This document shows, piece after piece, positions 1 through 15,100 of a stretch of 64,000 nt of DNA. A program made the position numbers and the translations under genes. The stretch's first letter is position 1, and the number at the start of each line of letters is the position of its first letter. Origin of the DNA: Diadema antillarum. Its lineage: Eukaryota. The DNA lies in assembly GCF_040938485.1 (NCBI RefSeq), contig NW_027271844.1, positions 434,001 through 498,000 on the forward strand. The letters run 5' to 3'. The notes beneath the pieces are model-generated. The model did no database searches and was not told the origin of the DNA. It was given only the letters and a program-made list of their open reading frames with translations.

Positions 1-1667
1 TGGTTGAACTGACATTCTTATTGAAGACGGAAAACCAACATGATTAGTACTGGTATTTAGATTCATACTCGTGAGCTCTTCTCCCTTTTCCACACATTTT
101 AATGACAATTTTGTTTTTGTTTTCTTTTATTCTATGTGTTGGTATTTTTTTTTAGGAAGCCGCAATAAAGATCAGATGGCCGATTCAGAGGGTGGTCTGT
201 TTCATTGTGATAATCATATTATTTTATCTGATACATTTCAAACACAAACAGATGTTACTAATAGTCACTAATTGAGTGGTTCACAACATACAAGCTTGCT
301 TTATATTAATGGACCTCTCAGTTCTCTTTTTCTCAACTGAAGCATAACTTTGTACTTTTTTGCCAGTATGCATTCTTTTGTTTATCTGTATCATTTATCT
401 TTTATAAAGTCGAATGTTTATGTTTATGATGTAATTCCAAATTTATTATGCGTTTTGTTTTGTTGAAAAAGGAAGAATGAAAAAATAAATGAATTGAATT
501 GAAACTGAAATTGAATAAAGTAATTTTGTAGATAAAAGACAGATCGAAATTTCAAGTGCAGGTCCTCGTGCAGGAATAAATGTCGCCCTCTCTAGCTAGG
601 AACTTTACAACTATTCGTGGTGTGGAAATAGCCAAATCATATCGAGAACAAATAATTATTACAAAGAATAACTTCGCAATTGTCACTATGCATTTTAAGA
701 ATATATTTCTTTATACCGTATTTTTTTTTTAATGGTGTTTCTGATGTTAGATAAAGCATGTTGTACCACCATTTTTAGTTTACCATGCCTTCTGGCTATC
801 AACAGGTCGCATAATTATAAGTGCACACTGTCGATGTTGTCGACTTCCGTTTTTACTTTTTTGGTTTCATAATATTGTCGTACTAGTGTGACACATTATT
901 ATATGCCTCCGCTTTAAATCATTCAATGTAACTCTGTCCATTCAAAGTCTTCAAAAAGTACTCAAGATCTTTCTATTTTTTTCTAAACATAATTGTTTCA
1001 AATCAAGGATAGGTTTGTATTTTTCTTCTGAAAAGAATGAAGAAATCAACTTGATATGATTCCGATCATATACCAACTCAGTGTCATAAAGGCTTGGTAT
1101 ACTTTTGTCGGTCTCAGCACAAATAATTACTATTACAACCCCCCCCCCAAAAAAAAAAAGAAGGAAAATGTGTTCACGCCTAATACTCCGGTTTAAAAAC
1201 CTTTAACAACCTATTTAGCTTTTCCATCATTTGGTGACTCTTTTTACGTAGAAAGAAGCGGGATATAGAATTGTCTCCAATCTTTGATAGCAATTACAGT
1301 TTAAGATAAATTTTCTCGACTGGTTGTTGCTTGTTCATATTTTCGTATTTTATTTTGGTAAACGATATACAAAATAATAAATCTCATAAAGAATAAGGAG
1401 ACATGACCAAACATAATTATGCAAATTTGTACCAAAACTGTATTCATCATAGACAAGCACGTAAGAAAACAAGCACATCACATGTACAACATAAGTAGTC
1501 CAGAACAAAATTAATAGACCAAAAAGAAGCATGAGTTATGAGTGTACATAGCATCTGCCCAGTGCATTGAGACTTGGATCCTTTATAATACACTGTACAG
1601 TGTATCATGACATGATACAAAATTACAATCTGTGCCTTGATGGCGACTCTTTTGGCTTCTATACGTC

Positions 1668-1680
1668 CCTCCCTCTCTCT

Positions 1681-1750
<70 letters not shown>
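1668..1750. repeat. (CT)n microsatellite
   Basis: Direct reading. Confidence 0.95.
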
Positions 1751-2966
1751 TTGGCCTCTTTGTTAACACCAAACAGTTTTTAGACAGAGGCTGGTATAAA
1801 TGCCAATAACACTGTATCTTTTATAATGTGGTATTCCAGTATACTGCATATCATGTTGAATGTGATTTCGAAGGGTTCGTTTTTCTTACCTTATTTCATT
1901 CTCGGACATCGAACCTTCAGAACAACAAACATTACTTCCATTTAAGAATAACGAACCTTCGAAATAACGCGACAAATAGTAGCATGAACGAATCCAATTT
2001 TATTCTTGGATTAACAAACGTCTAGGTGCAGAGAATCGTGTGCTTAGAATAACAAACCTTCAGAATAACGAACCTTATCTTATTTTGTGATTAACATTCC
2101 TTCAAAATAACCAATATTACTCAAAACCAAGGCTTCTGCCACTGTGACTTTTATGATTACCAATATTAGTAATATGGTAGCTCTCTTTACTTTTACTTGT
2201 CTTTCCCTTATCTTATTAAATACGATATCCTGATTTTGAAAAGGTCTGCAAAAGGCGAATTATCTGTTCTTTATGCTGCCATCACAAACATCCCGTATGG
2301 ATAGTCAAAACAAAGTCAAAACAATAAAATTGTCATGTCTATAACTTTTTTTTCAATTTTTATTTCAAATTTTGAAATAAAAGGTGCAAAAAGTTATAGA
2401 CATGACTTTGGTTTAACAAAGGTTTATTTTCAGCCACGAAAAATAAATTGTATATCAGTACTGTGTTAGTACTCTCGAAGCTATATGTTAAAACAACATT
2501 GTTGCCTTCCGAATGCGCATACGTTGCCTGCATGTGGCATTTCATTGGCAAAATAAAAAATCTGAGCAACCTATATCAGGCCAAAGAGCTGAGATATTAT
2601 GAGTGACTTAACGCTTTCTACGCAAAAGACTTTGTCCAGAGTGTACAATGCTGTGGGATTTTCTTGGCCAATTGCCACTCAAAGTACCCAAAGATCCCCC
2701 CCCCCCCGGACTGGTGTTGCTTGTTTGTTCTTTGTTTGTTTGTTTGTTTGTTTGCTTTTTTGAGGGGGGTGGATGTTTCTTGAACTTGATTTCATTTCTT
2801 CATCAGAATATGAAGAAGCTTGGGATAAACAGTTCTGTTCTATTAAATTCAGTGTAAAATTTTAACCTAAACAACGAGGACTTGTCAAAAATCCAGGTAT
2901 GCCCGTATTGCGTCGTGAAGGCTGTTTTTCCTTTGGTCCTGCTCGCGGTCTTTGGAAGCCGTGTCA

Positions 2967-3164
2967 TCAGGTTTCACTTGTTACCATGGTTACAGCAGAG
3001 TCAGCCTTGGATTCGTCTGGAACGTCATACTTTTGTTTGCTGCCCTCATCTAGTCTTGCCCAATTCTGCAGACGAGTCGTGCCAAACAGGACAAATGTCA
3101 GTCCGCCAAAGGCGTACACTCCGGCCAAGAACCACATCACTTTCTGCCAACCACTGATGTCAGA
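2967..3164 (-). CDS. SLC17 terminal exon 10
   Basis: TGTCCCAAAG acceptor, [36 protein letters not shown]...TMVTSET then TGA. Not in the ORF track; read manually. Confidence 0.92.
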   Translation of the reverse strand, partial: SDISGWQKVMWFLAGVYAFGGLTFVLFGTTRLQNWARLDEGSKQKYDVPDESKADSAVTMVTSET

Positions 3165-6100
3165 CTTTGGGACAGAGAGAAAAAAAAATAATGGGAATGA
3201 AAGAGGGACAGAAGTGAAGGTGACTGGAATTCGGAAAGAGACAGAGAGAGAGATCGATCATAGGAATGTGATTATATAATCAATGACATCAAATGTCTGT
3301 GACCATGAAACAAATTTGTTCCTACCAAAATGACCTTAAATCGCTTCTATGGTCAAATGGTATATAGGTAGAAAGGGCAACGGATACCAAAAGTCGTTGC
3401 ATGCTATTTTTCTTTCTAATGTTTCGAAAATAACTGATATGTAGTTGCATGACACCAAATACAACACCACCCCTAAAATGGAGACCGTTTTATAATCATT
3501 GCTTTCCCAATGATGATAACGATAAACAAAAACTACTATCACCGTCGTTACTATTTCTAGTGCTCAAATCGTCTATACTATATCAGAATGTTGTTTTGTT
3601 TTGTCTTTTTATCATCTTTGCTAAAACAGTTTGCAAGGATATTCTTACAGTGTAGTTAGTCGGAATTAAGTTGAGAAGAACACTAGCCAGCAACGAATGA
3701 TTGTTTGAGTCGTCCCCGTAATGGAATCGAAGTTCTCTTTACCTGGCATAATGTGATTATACGTGGACAATGCCATCTTCTGGTAACCAGCTTGCTTGGT
3801 AATGGTAGCTAAGGCCATAGGTCTTTAATTGCTTTTCTCGTTGAAAACATGTTTTCACTTTAAACTTCTTTGAATTTCTTCACTCTATGAAACGCATGAA
3901 ACATTCTTCCGGATATATTGACTACCTACACAATGTCGTGATATCACGTTGCATATCTCAGATGTCGGCAAGAATCACTTTTCCCCCTTTCGAAAGTACT
4001 AGCTTTATGTATTATGGACAGAGACTATACCTCGAAGCATCTCTTAAATCTCCCTGCCGGAATGTTCGCGAGAAAAATAATGTTCAATGATATTATGTTA
4101 AGGTTAAAGGTAGTTTAAAGTGGGAAATCGAGTTTATGTCTCTGTATGAAGGGGCCTACACGTCTACCTGCACTTCTGTGAACACTCCTACGATGTAAGG
4201 CCCGACAATCCCGCCAAGTGTTCCAGCGGTGTTCATCATGCCCATAGCCGAACCCGCGTAGACTCCGGCTACGTCAAGCAGCGACACGAAGTGACCGGCA
4301 AAGGAAAAACCGATTCCGCCCATTGCCAGCGTGACGAATGCTACAGACATGCCGATGTTACAGCTGGCAAATCCGGTCAGTATGAGAAAGAAAGATCCAG
4401 AGAAAAACCCTGTCAGATAAAGAAGAACAAAGAGGAAATCTGCAAACAAAACGAAGTGATTTTTTTTTTTCGACGCGGTAATTCTGACGAGTGCCTCATG
4501 CAAACAGCGATAAAGCCTTAGAAAAAAAAAAGAGAGAAGAATCCTCAGGAAAAGAAGTGATAGGACTTCAGAGACCATAATGACATGAATGATATGCTTT
4601 ATTCAGACTTTGATGGAACCGTAATGATCGCCAGTATTGATGTTGTTGCTCTCTCTATCATAATAATTGCCATCTGGCTGTTGAATCCACTTCCTGCACG
4701 CTATAAAGGGAGTTGTATGTGGAAAAACCTTTGAAATTTAGGATGTATTTAGCTCTCTTTTCTGATCACAAATAGGTTAAAAACTGGACAGAAAGAATGA
4801 CTTCTGCAGAAAAACGTTATCATCATCTTGCTACTATTGAAGACCTCTTACTGTTATCATTAAAGGGGATGGCTAGTAACCGATCAGTGGGAATCAGTGG
4901 GAATGCTGAGGGTTGATTGTTCCAATCCTTGTGGGATTCATGTAAGAGTACATTACATATCTACTGTTGTGTGAAAATTATTTGCTTCAGAACGGTCTCA
5001 TATTCAAGTAATGTGCAGATTAATGCCCCGTCACTGACCAGGCACGCTACCCTGGAAACATTAAACTGCACATTACTTGAATATGAGACCATTCTGAAGC
5101 AAATAATTTTCACACAACAAGAGATATATAATGTACTCTTAAATGAATCCCACAAGCATTAGAACAATCATCCTCCAGCATTCCCACTGATTCCCACTGA
5201 TCAGTTACTAGCCATCCCCTTTAAGTCGTGACTTTGCCACAATCTGCACGAAGAATGTTATCGAGATATTTCTACAAATGCGTGGATATGGAGACTGGAC
5301 GGGGGAGACTGGCTGGACAACACTGAAAAGTCTTTTATCATTTGTATCATATCAAAGGGAATTCAGAACTATAATCTTACCAACAATGGTATCTCATATG
5401 CGGGGGGGGGGGGGGGGGACTGGGGGTTCGGGCCCCCCCCCCCTTTTTTTTTTGCACCATACAGAGGAATACATAAGGTGTCACCACTTTTGGCCCCACT
5501 TTTTTTTTCTTTTTTTTTCTTTTTTTTTTTACCCCGGCAGTGCGTAAGTGGCATTGGTAAGAAATAGATAAGGTTATGGTAAGGTAAGGTTATGTTGTTT
5601 TTTTTTGTGTGTGTTTTTTGCTTGTCAGCTAAAGAAACCCGGAAGTGGCATCAGAAGTTGCGCTGAAGGCCTTTTTTTTTTTTGGGGGGGGGGGCTTGTA
5701 AGCTCATGAACCAGGAAGTGCTAACCCCCCCCCCCCCCACACACACACACACACTTTTGTAAACGTTCTGCCGGCGGTGCCTCATTATATAAAGCCTATA
5801 TGTCTCAACGTATTGTCAGTAAGAAAAAATAGGATCATAGTCTACCTATTCCTGACATCAGTTTGCGAATAGCCGTCTTGCCAATGACTTCCCGCGCCAG
5901 AAGTCGGTCCGTTAGGTAGCTCGCTGCTATCATGACGACGAACTGAAGAATAAATGGAAGGGCCGAGTACACACCCGCCTGTGCAGAGTGAACCAAAGAG
6001 CAAAGATGTGTGATTACTACAGAAGTGTGACATTGCTTCATGTTTAGATCTACTTTGAAATCATGATAATCAAACAATAATGGTAGGAGCTTCATCAATA

Positions 6101-9100
6101 TGGGATAAAAAATGCGAAAATTCTTAAATTCACTGCAACCAGGTTCGCATTGTATACTGCTGGCCAAATGTGACGTAATTGGTTGCCACTGTGCGTACTG
6201 CTACTCAAAACAAATACAACTACACAAGTGACATCAATAATGATGGTTGCACGACATTTGCTACTGAGACAATTGCTCACATAAAATATCTGCACGCCAA
6301 ACCAAACATAAAGTCTACCCACACACATGATCCCAACCCTAATCCTAGAATCCTCCCATCAAATCAAACCTTAAAACCCTATCACAACCCTAATCCTAAG
6401 TCCTTTGAGAAAATAAGACCGGAGGAATTGTCGCAGGAGCAAATGTCTTGTCACCACTGTGACACATAATTGCCTTAAAACACGCATTCAGTATACTTAT
6501 TGTCACTTCCACTATTGTTTTCAATATGAAGCTTGTCATAATATGTATATATCATTATTTGAATTATGATCTTGCTCATTATCGTCATCAATATGGTTAC
6601 TTCTTCACGGGGTAATGTCATCACCTGTTCGATAGGCACTCTGATACCGTCGCTGAAATAGAGCGGCAGATTGACGAGGAGGGTGAATATGCCGCACGTG
6701 TGAGAAAAGTGAGTGAAGACCAGGACCCACATTGTGGGCGAAGTCAGCATCTTGGCCCACGGAACCGACACTTTGCCTTTCTAACCAAAATGAAAACATA
6801 GAGGAAAAAGCAACGCTAGTGTAAATACAGTGAGTACAAGTTCGATATTTTATGAAATTAAGGTTAAGATTGTTCTAAAAAATGCGAATAATGAATTTCC
6901 GTTTAAATTGAAATTTGTGAAAATACGACGTAAAGGAAGCTAACTGGACAAAGCTTTTGCTTTCGATTCAAATTTTCTTCATCGTAAAGGAATTTAGGCA
7001 CGGTTGTACACCTACATTCCTTTCTCTCTTTACAAAAAAAAAAAAAAAAATTCTCCCTTAAAATTGAACGAAGAGTAGGTTTTATCCCAATTCATGATTG
7101 TTGCGCCTATCTTTTTTATTGCAATTGATTGACAAATCGCCCTTCATAGACGCAATACACACCGATTATTCGATTATTTAGTGTTTTCAGTCACGGCATA
7201 CATCTCTTGTTGGGATTTGTATGCTCATGAAACATGACTCTCTGTGATGATTATGATGTGATATGATAATTCTATTTTTCAAACACCAACATTAATTGAA
7301 AGTTCCCAAACTTTAAGAGGGTAGCATGTTGACCGGTCATATCTTGATCAACTCTGGCTACTTCTTGTTGGTTTCATTCAAATTATCTTGATTCTGACCT
7401 TATCCCTGACCATGCCATTGATTTACCGAGCCTGACAAACGGAGCCCTTCTTCCAAGTACTTTTTCTCTTCCACCGATATCCACGGATGCTCGGCGGGCG
7501 AGCTGTACCCCAGAAAGCACCACGCGATGACCCACACAACCCCGCACGATCCTGCAGTGATGACAGAAACTTTATTATTCTTTAAATCCCAATCATTTTG
7601 CGTTGGCGACATGACAAGGTATATCTAAAGGGTTTTTTTTCACTTATACATCCCTAATTTTTGTTCTACTTACATCTCTCTGTTTCCATTGTAATCATCG
7701 CCTTGTCTTAAACTTTCCTTTTACATTTATGTTTTTCCTTAATTCATAAAAGATGCCGTATTTTGTTTGTCTTCGGCGAATGATTTTGTTACGATATGTC
7801 AGTATGTATGACTGTAAAAACAAAAATCGTTAATGAAGCTGATATAAAGTTGACTCAACTTAATTGAATTCGATACTTTGCTACGTTGTTAAATTGTCAA
7901 ATTGTCAAAGAATTTAGATTCTCTCCGTCGTCACTTTACCTCCCCCCCCCCCAAAAAAAAAAGATATTGATTATATGCTGTAAAAATACAAAGCCTGCGT
8001 CATCATTGTACGGGCAATTAGTGGGGCTTCAAACAATAAGACATAAACATATATCTTCTGAGATATTTTCTCATGTCACAATCTAGACAATCTTTTATAC
8101 ACATCCTAATTTCAGTGAAATCCATCTATGGTCTACGTTCATGCCTCAGTGTACATGGAAATCCAAATTCGTACGTCGTGTAATAGAACGTTAATTTCTG
8201 CTCATTTCAAAAGGAGTGGACGTTCTGCGGACGTAAAAAAAAAAGAACTCTTGAAAATCGTCTCGAACTTTCTAAAAAAAAAATAAGAAATGTCTTAAAT
8301 AGTCTTATGACCCTTTCCAGAACGTTTAGAGAACCCTTCATATTGGGCTCACTCCGTGTAGCTATACTGAGGAATCCATAAAATATGAGGGAGGAAAACG
8401 CGTGAAGACGAACAGCGTGAGATGCAACGGCGTTACTTTCTAAGAACCAGCCAACACAGGGCACTATCTATTAGTGTCGCGTTGAAGGGCGCTATAGTAC
8501 TACTTCTGCCACTGGACTCTAGCGGGAACTCATCATTGGGACTCCGTGGTCTTAACCCGCGAAATTGACACTCACAAGTCATTTAAGAGTTCACGAGTTC
8601 GACACTGAAAAAAAAAGGTCCATGAGTCATACAGCCCACGAGGCATACAGCCCATGAGTTCGACATTATGTATCGAGTTCGATATAACAACACGGGGATT
8701 AATGTGTCACTCTATATAGTGGACCTTCTTTGATTAGTGTCGAACTCATGGGCTGTATGATTCATGGGTGTAGAAGTCGTGACGTGCAGTCGTGGTCTCA
8801 TCCACTGCGCCACAATAGCTATAATCTGAAATGAAATTGCATATCAATACTGACCGTAAATGTAGAAAGTAAACGGCCATCCGCCGGCTATATTTAGGTT
8901 GATCAGAAAACCTGAAAGCGCATTGCCAACAATGTTGCCAAAGTTGAAACCTGGTACAAAGAAAACGCACATATCATGGAAATCGGAAATGAGTATAAAC
9001 AACACATGAATAGCAAGGAGCTATCTCGATAAGAGGGGCAGTGTCTCTGTAAATTTGAATCGATATCTTCAATTCTACAGCAAATAATGACAGTGTTAGA

Positions 9101-12100
9101 TATAATTATTACGTTGCTTGCCCGCACAAAGGCCACTATCGGCAAATTTGGTGTAACTAACTTTGCATTCGCGTTGCGCGATAGCGGCCTTGTGCGGGCT
9201 AGCAACGCGTCGTTAAGGCCGTGTCACACCTTTCCAGGCAAGCCTTCCTAACGACTTGGGAAGAACAATTTTTACAACCCGGAAGTCCCCGCAGATGACC
9301 CGCACATGACAGTACCTAACACGTAGTCGCCCGGAGGTGCGCACGTAAATCTTTTTACCCGCAACTATGTTTAGGCCCTGTCACACCTTTCCGGGCAAGT
9401 TACGCGGGCTTGTTGAGTGTAGGGATTTTTCAGCATACCGGACATTCCTGAGGGCGACAAGGATTTGAGCGAGTCACTGCATGTGTCCTACTTGTTGGAC
9501 GCGTTCTACTTTAAATTCTACTTGCGAGTATACTCTGTGACCTTTGTACCATTCGCGTGGGTGCTGACCACTCAGTAAAGGAATTCCTCGGAAGGAATGG
9601 TAGAAATCCCACAGAACGTTATTATCTTGGCTGCATACTGGACTGCGAAGTACTTGCGTGGGAGTTGCTTGCGAGGTGCTGCAGCTAAGGAACTCCTACT
9701 GGCGTTCTGCGTGGACCTCTCTGGGCATCCCCGCGACTCACCCGGAAAATTTTTGGTCATGCTCAAAGCTTGGCTGCGGTTATATCGGACTTGAGTGCGC
9801 ACCTACGGGCAACTACAGGCGAGATACGCGCTAGTTACTGTCAGGTGCGGACCAACTGCGGAGAGCTCCGTGTAGCAAATTCGTTTACCCGCAAGTCAAG
9901 CCGCAAAACTTCCCAGATGCAGCATGACAAGGCCTTGAGCATGTTCAAAACTTGTTCCGAGTGAGTTATGGGGTTTTGCTCGCAGAGGTACACGCAGAAC
10001 ACCAGTATGAGACCCTTACCAGCAGCACCTCGCAGGCACCTCCAACGCAGGTACATCTCAGTACCTGCAAGTCGCTCGTAACAGAAAACGGATCGCTTCC
10101 AAAGCTCTCACGCAGGTCACACGGAATACACGCAAGTAGAATGTAAGTAGTACGCGTCTAGTAGGTAGGAAACAGGTGCGAAACTCGCAAAATTTCTTGT
10201 CCGTCCGCGAAAATTTTCCTGCGCGCGGAAAATCACTCCTCGCAACAAGCCCGGTTAGCTTGCCCGGAAAGGTGTGACACGGCCTTAAGACTGGAAGGAA
10301 CTACTATACAAATAATGAATATATGAATGCAATCAAAGGCCGCAATGAACAGAATATTTCATGAGGTGAAATATGAAATGATCGATTCAACGAGACGGGT
10401 ATGGTATACCTGCGAATCCAATCACACTCAAGCTACTCCTTTCACTTGGATGCGCCCACTTGGACCACATTGCCAGCATCGATGGGAAAGACACACCCTG
10501 CAGAAAAAAAAAGGTTTACATCAAGGACTAAGAGCTCAGTCCTTCAACATGGTTGGAAAAAAAATAAAGCACATCAAGGCTGTTGTCTGCAACATCATAA
10601 CTAATCTGAGAAGGAGGTATTCCCTGAGTGATCTTCAGCGTATGATTTCGTATACAAATGCGTCTGTCGAAGATACATTAGATAAACTCGCTGCACGTAC
10701 TCAAAATAATCAATTAGTGACCGGGGCTCTAAATCTACCATGTGATTTGAAGCTATTGAATATCAGCGAATTTTTCACTCGGGATGTTTGAAGCTATTCG
10801 ATCGGGTTTGTCGAACCCTTGTTAAAGCAACAACAACAACAACAACAACAACAATCGACCAATAAAGCTCAACCTCGCCAAAGCCGCTAAAGAAGCGGGT
10901 CACGAAGTACCACCGGAAGTCTGTCATGGCTGCCACTGGACCTACGAGAGTGCAGACACTGGACAGAAGAAAACCGAAGCCCAAGACCCACTTCATGCCG
11001 TATTTGTCGGCGAGCCAGCCGCCGGGGATCTGGGTAAGGATGTATCCGTAGAAGAAGGCTGCAAACAACAGCTCCTGCGTGTGGGCGTCCCAGAGAAACT
11101 CGCCGTCTCCCTATAGAGATGCAACACAGAAAGTGTCACATGCGAGTAAAACAATGTGATATGCAAAAACACAAAATAAAAGCACATGATTGATACCCTA
11201 CTAGAAAACAATGTTCAAAAACAATGAAACTAAAATCATAGCTGACGAAATCGATCTGTAGGTGAAAATTAAGAGAGTAGATACATGGCTAGTAAATTAA
11301 GTCATGTCGTTATCAGAAGCATAAACCATCGTATGACCGAGAATTTACGAATATGCAATAGCGCTCTTACTTCTGTGGTTGACGTGTTATTAGTATCAGC
11401 ATTCTGTTGACATGTCTGAAATGTCTCTACGCTGCCGTTCCTTGAAACTTGTTGGGTGACGTAGGTGTCATTCACCATGGCTACCATGGCAACACTGACG
11501 TTTTGTCTCATGGCGCAAACAGCGGTCATTCCGACGAACACAATAATGCCCAGTTGGTGGCGGGTATGGATTGTTCCTGGAACTGCAAAGAAGAACAGCA
11601 AACACAAACAGACAAATAATTCAACCAAAAATGTTCCTGTGAGTGTAACTGAAAGTTAACTGTACAACACTGTAAAGCAATCTGGATGTAAAGAGGAAAT
11701 AAACGTCTGTGAGTGCGTAATTGTAAGAGTTTATATGTGTTTTTTTTTTTCGAATTCTGTGCAAAAAGCCTCAGTGAAAGTCCATTCGTGAGAATTATGT
11801 GTAAGAATGATAATATGTGTTGTTTTGTTGTTGCTTTTTCACACAGAATGATGCAGTTTGCAAGTACTTACTGATTTTTATTCATACCATATGGACTCTA
11901 TTTTCAACGCAGGGCGGTGAGTTGGCTCAGTCGGGAGTGCGTCTGCCTTTGACCCAAGCGACGGGTTCGATACCCGAGTCTGGACTGAGCAATGTTGTGT
12001 GTGATCATATCGTCCCCTCTAGCAAAAGGCAGAACACTCTGTTTCTCGGATAGGACATAAAATGGAGGCCCCGTGTGTGAGAGAGTCACAACTGTGATGG

Positions 12101-15100
12101 GTGTTTAACCCGGTGAAGTGGTCTCGCCTAACATCCAACTGGACTCCATGGAAGACTAGCTTAGTGCAGCTGAATATTTGCTATCCAGCCATCTTCTCAG
12201 ATGGAAAACAAACAAACAAACAAACGCATGACTCATGATTATTACATAACCTCCTTCCTGATGCCACGCAACCTGACACTTTCTACTACAGCAGATGGAA
12301 GCAAGATTACAATCCAGACTAATTTGATTCGCCTCAGGATCAGCTAATGGCCTCCCCACTTTTTACATCTCGAAACATTTTCCCTCATTTCCCTCACAGC
12401 CAGCATCGCCCAGAATTGGTCCACATTGGGTTACAAATTCCAGCCTTCCTATCCAAGCCCAAGCCATGCGCACGATGGGATTTCAGAAAAAAAGCTGATT
12501 GAGAAGGGTACACGCAAGAGGAGGAAGACTCGGTTCCTGGTCTCGCTCCAGTCTTTCTGCAGTATCCTGAAACAAGCGGCAAGGAAGTACATCCCTCAAG
12601 GTTTTCGGAAGACTAACACGAAATGGTAAGTCTGATGAGAACTGCTGGAGCTCACTGAATCAACGGAAGACCCCAGCATCGCCATTGAATTTCTTGCATC
12701 ACTAGGCACGGCAAGACGCCAAAGGTGGCAGGGAATGGTGGAAGATCTAAAATTTTCTCACTTCAGAAGAAAGGCTTGGAACCTTCTCCGTCACTTCGTG
12801 TGAGCCCCACCAGCCCCTCACCAGCCTCCTAAGGTGTCTGTGTTGTTGCCAACTTAAAGGTCTCTCTTCTCTAAGGCAGCTCGAAAGAATAATGTTGCTA
12901 AAGGCCTGTGAGAATCCTACTGACCTTGTCAACAGGCTTCTGGCTTTTGCTATCCCTACTCACTAGCATACATGGAGATTGGTCTGAAAGCCACCAAGTT
13001 AAGCAAAATGGCTGAAATCGATTGTATATCTACTCGGAGTTCCTTAAGAACATTGGCCGCAACGGACGCATTTTCCTGACATCCCCTTTCTCCTGTGCCC
13101 ATTCCACTGGAACAATATTCCCAAAAGCCTGGAGAGAGTTGAGGTCGGGGAAAGCTGCTTCAAACTGTACCAGCTACAGATCTATCTCGCTGATATTTAC
13201 AACTTTCAAATTGTTTGAACTACTCCTATTTGCCAGGTTCTCTCCTTTAAAGGAGCCGATCCTGCCGAGAGAAGAGGCAGGTTTCAGACCGGTAGGAACC
13301 GATGAAGTTCTAGTCCTATAAACCAGTAATGTCGAGGATGGCTTCCGACAAGGCTTGTTAACAGGTCTTGCCTTCACAGACCATAGACAATTTTGCGTTG
13401 CTTGTGTTCAATCCTCAGCAATCGCAGATTCAGGGTCACTCTAGGTAACCATGCAGTCCAGCTGTTTGAAGACTCTGAACCATGCTCCCCCCCCCCCCCC
13501 CCAGGATACTATATTAGCTTAACTCCAACTCTCAACAATATGTGAGTGGCATGCCTTGAAATCATCCAAGAAGCTTGCTAATGCAGATGACCTCGCCCTC
13601 ACATGTCAGAATAGATCCGTGGATGACGTACACCCGCCAAGACCTCATTACAATGGAGGAGTACTTTAACTTTTTGGAGACTTCGCCGCAACTCTTCAAA
13701 GACTACAGTCACTGCCTTCTGTCTAAGTCACCATCTTACCAACGCTAAACTCAAGGTAGCCTTCTGTGATAACTCTGACAATGAAGTACAGGGCGTTTCC
13801 CAAAAACCTTAGAACACTTGAAGAGACTTGCAGACAAACAGAAATATCGAGTCGACATCAACAGGAAAATCCATTTTGGTCTAAAAGCCAGTACTCCCTC
13901 TACTGCAGCACTAGCCCTCATTTATGGACTCGACTGCAGAGTACTGCTCATCTTCGTGGGCCTAGAGCTGCCACACGGAACGTGTCGATACGATCCTGAA
14001 CTCGGCCATGCGGGCAGTCTCAGGAACATTCAGGTCCACCCTCTTCACTGGCTTCCTGTTTTGTCACACATCCCCCCTCCCTACTAATGGTAGAAAAAAT
14101 GGCAAGGATCGCCAGTGCCGTCAATGCAGACCCAGACCTTCCAATCCACGATGACCTGAACAACCTCCTATCAATGGTCCGATGCAGTCTCCGATACTAC
14201 TAAAGTTACATGCAACATCATCATTGACCAGACAGCAGAGCTACGGGGGACTTCGACCTCCCTCGGAAAGAGTGGCTCGCCCTGAACCGCAACCAAATCC
14301 TCCATGACACAAACAGGCCACCGTCCACACCAATGGGGATCCTTAGATAGTCTGGCATGTGATTGCAGCCATCCCGACCAAATCTTGGGTCACATTGTGC
14401 ACAACTGCCACCGTCGCAAATTTTCCGGAGGGCTTGCATAAATTGCTAAACCAAGTGATGCTGCCCTGGACATGATCAGCAACTTGGACATTAACTTACA
14501 AGGATATGACCTCTCCTTTGTACGGTAGCATACGGCCGAAGAAGACTTTATGATTTGGATGAAATCTTGATCTATCTATACTCTATATTCATGAGTAGAA
14601 GAACTTTGTGGAATTGGAAAGTTATTTTGAAAGAGGAGGATTCACTTTATGACAACAAAGGAATAATTGTAAAAGATTTTTTTTTTAAAGTAAAATCTTG
14701 ATTTAAATCAAAAATATTGTGCATGCGTATGTCCTCATGCATGTCACGTAAACTTCTCGTGGAATACACAAAGAACATGCAGCATAAAAGAATGACTTCT
14801 TTTCGTCATGCTTGTAGTGAACACAGAAATGGAGTGAGCAATAAATTAACCCGTTCCGTACGGAATTGTGAAATTCCCATCAATAAACTTAATACACATG
14901 AGTAGTATATATATGTACCCGTATACACCCCGATGGAGCAGGCGGAGCAAGGGTGCTCCATCGTGATTTGAATATGCATGAGATGAGATCTTATAATGAA
15001 TATGCATGATATGACATCATACATGAATATGTATGATGTCATTATTTCCTGGTAAGGTTAGATAGCGTTAATAAGGGGGAAATGAACGCATCCTTCCGAC

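Noticed and set aside
156-271. Possible terminal exon of an upstream plus-strand gene (polypyrimidine tract, AG, 38 codons, TAA)
   Set aside because: No recognisable protein motif and the rest of the gene would lie outside the window; cannot be supported.
3736-3752. CTTACCTGGCA resembling the U1 snRNA 5' end (also near 37553)
   Set aside because: The match stops after about 11 nt; no U1 stem-loops or Sm site follow.
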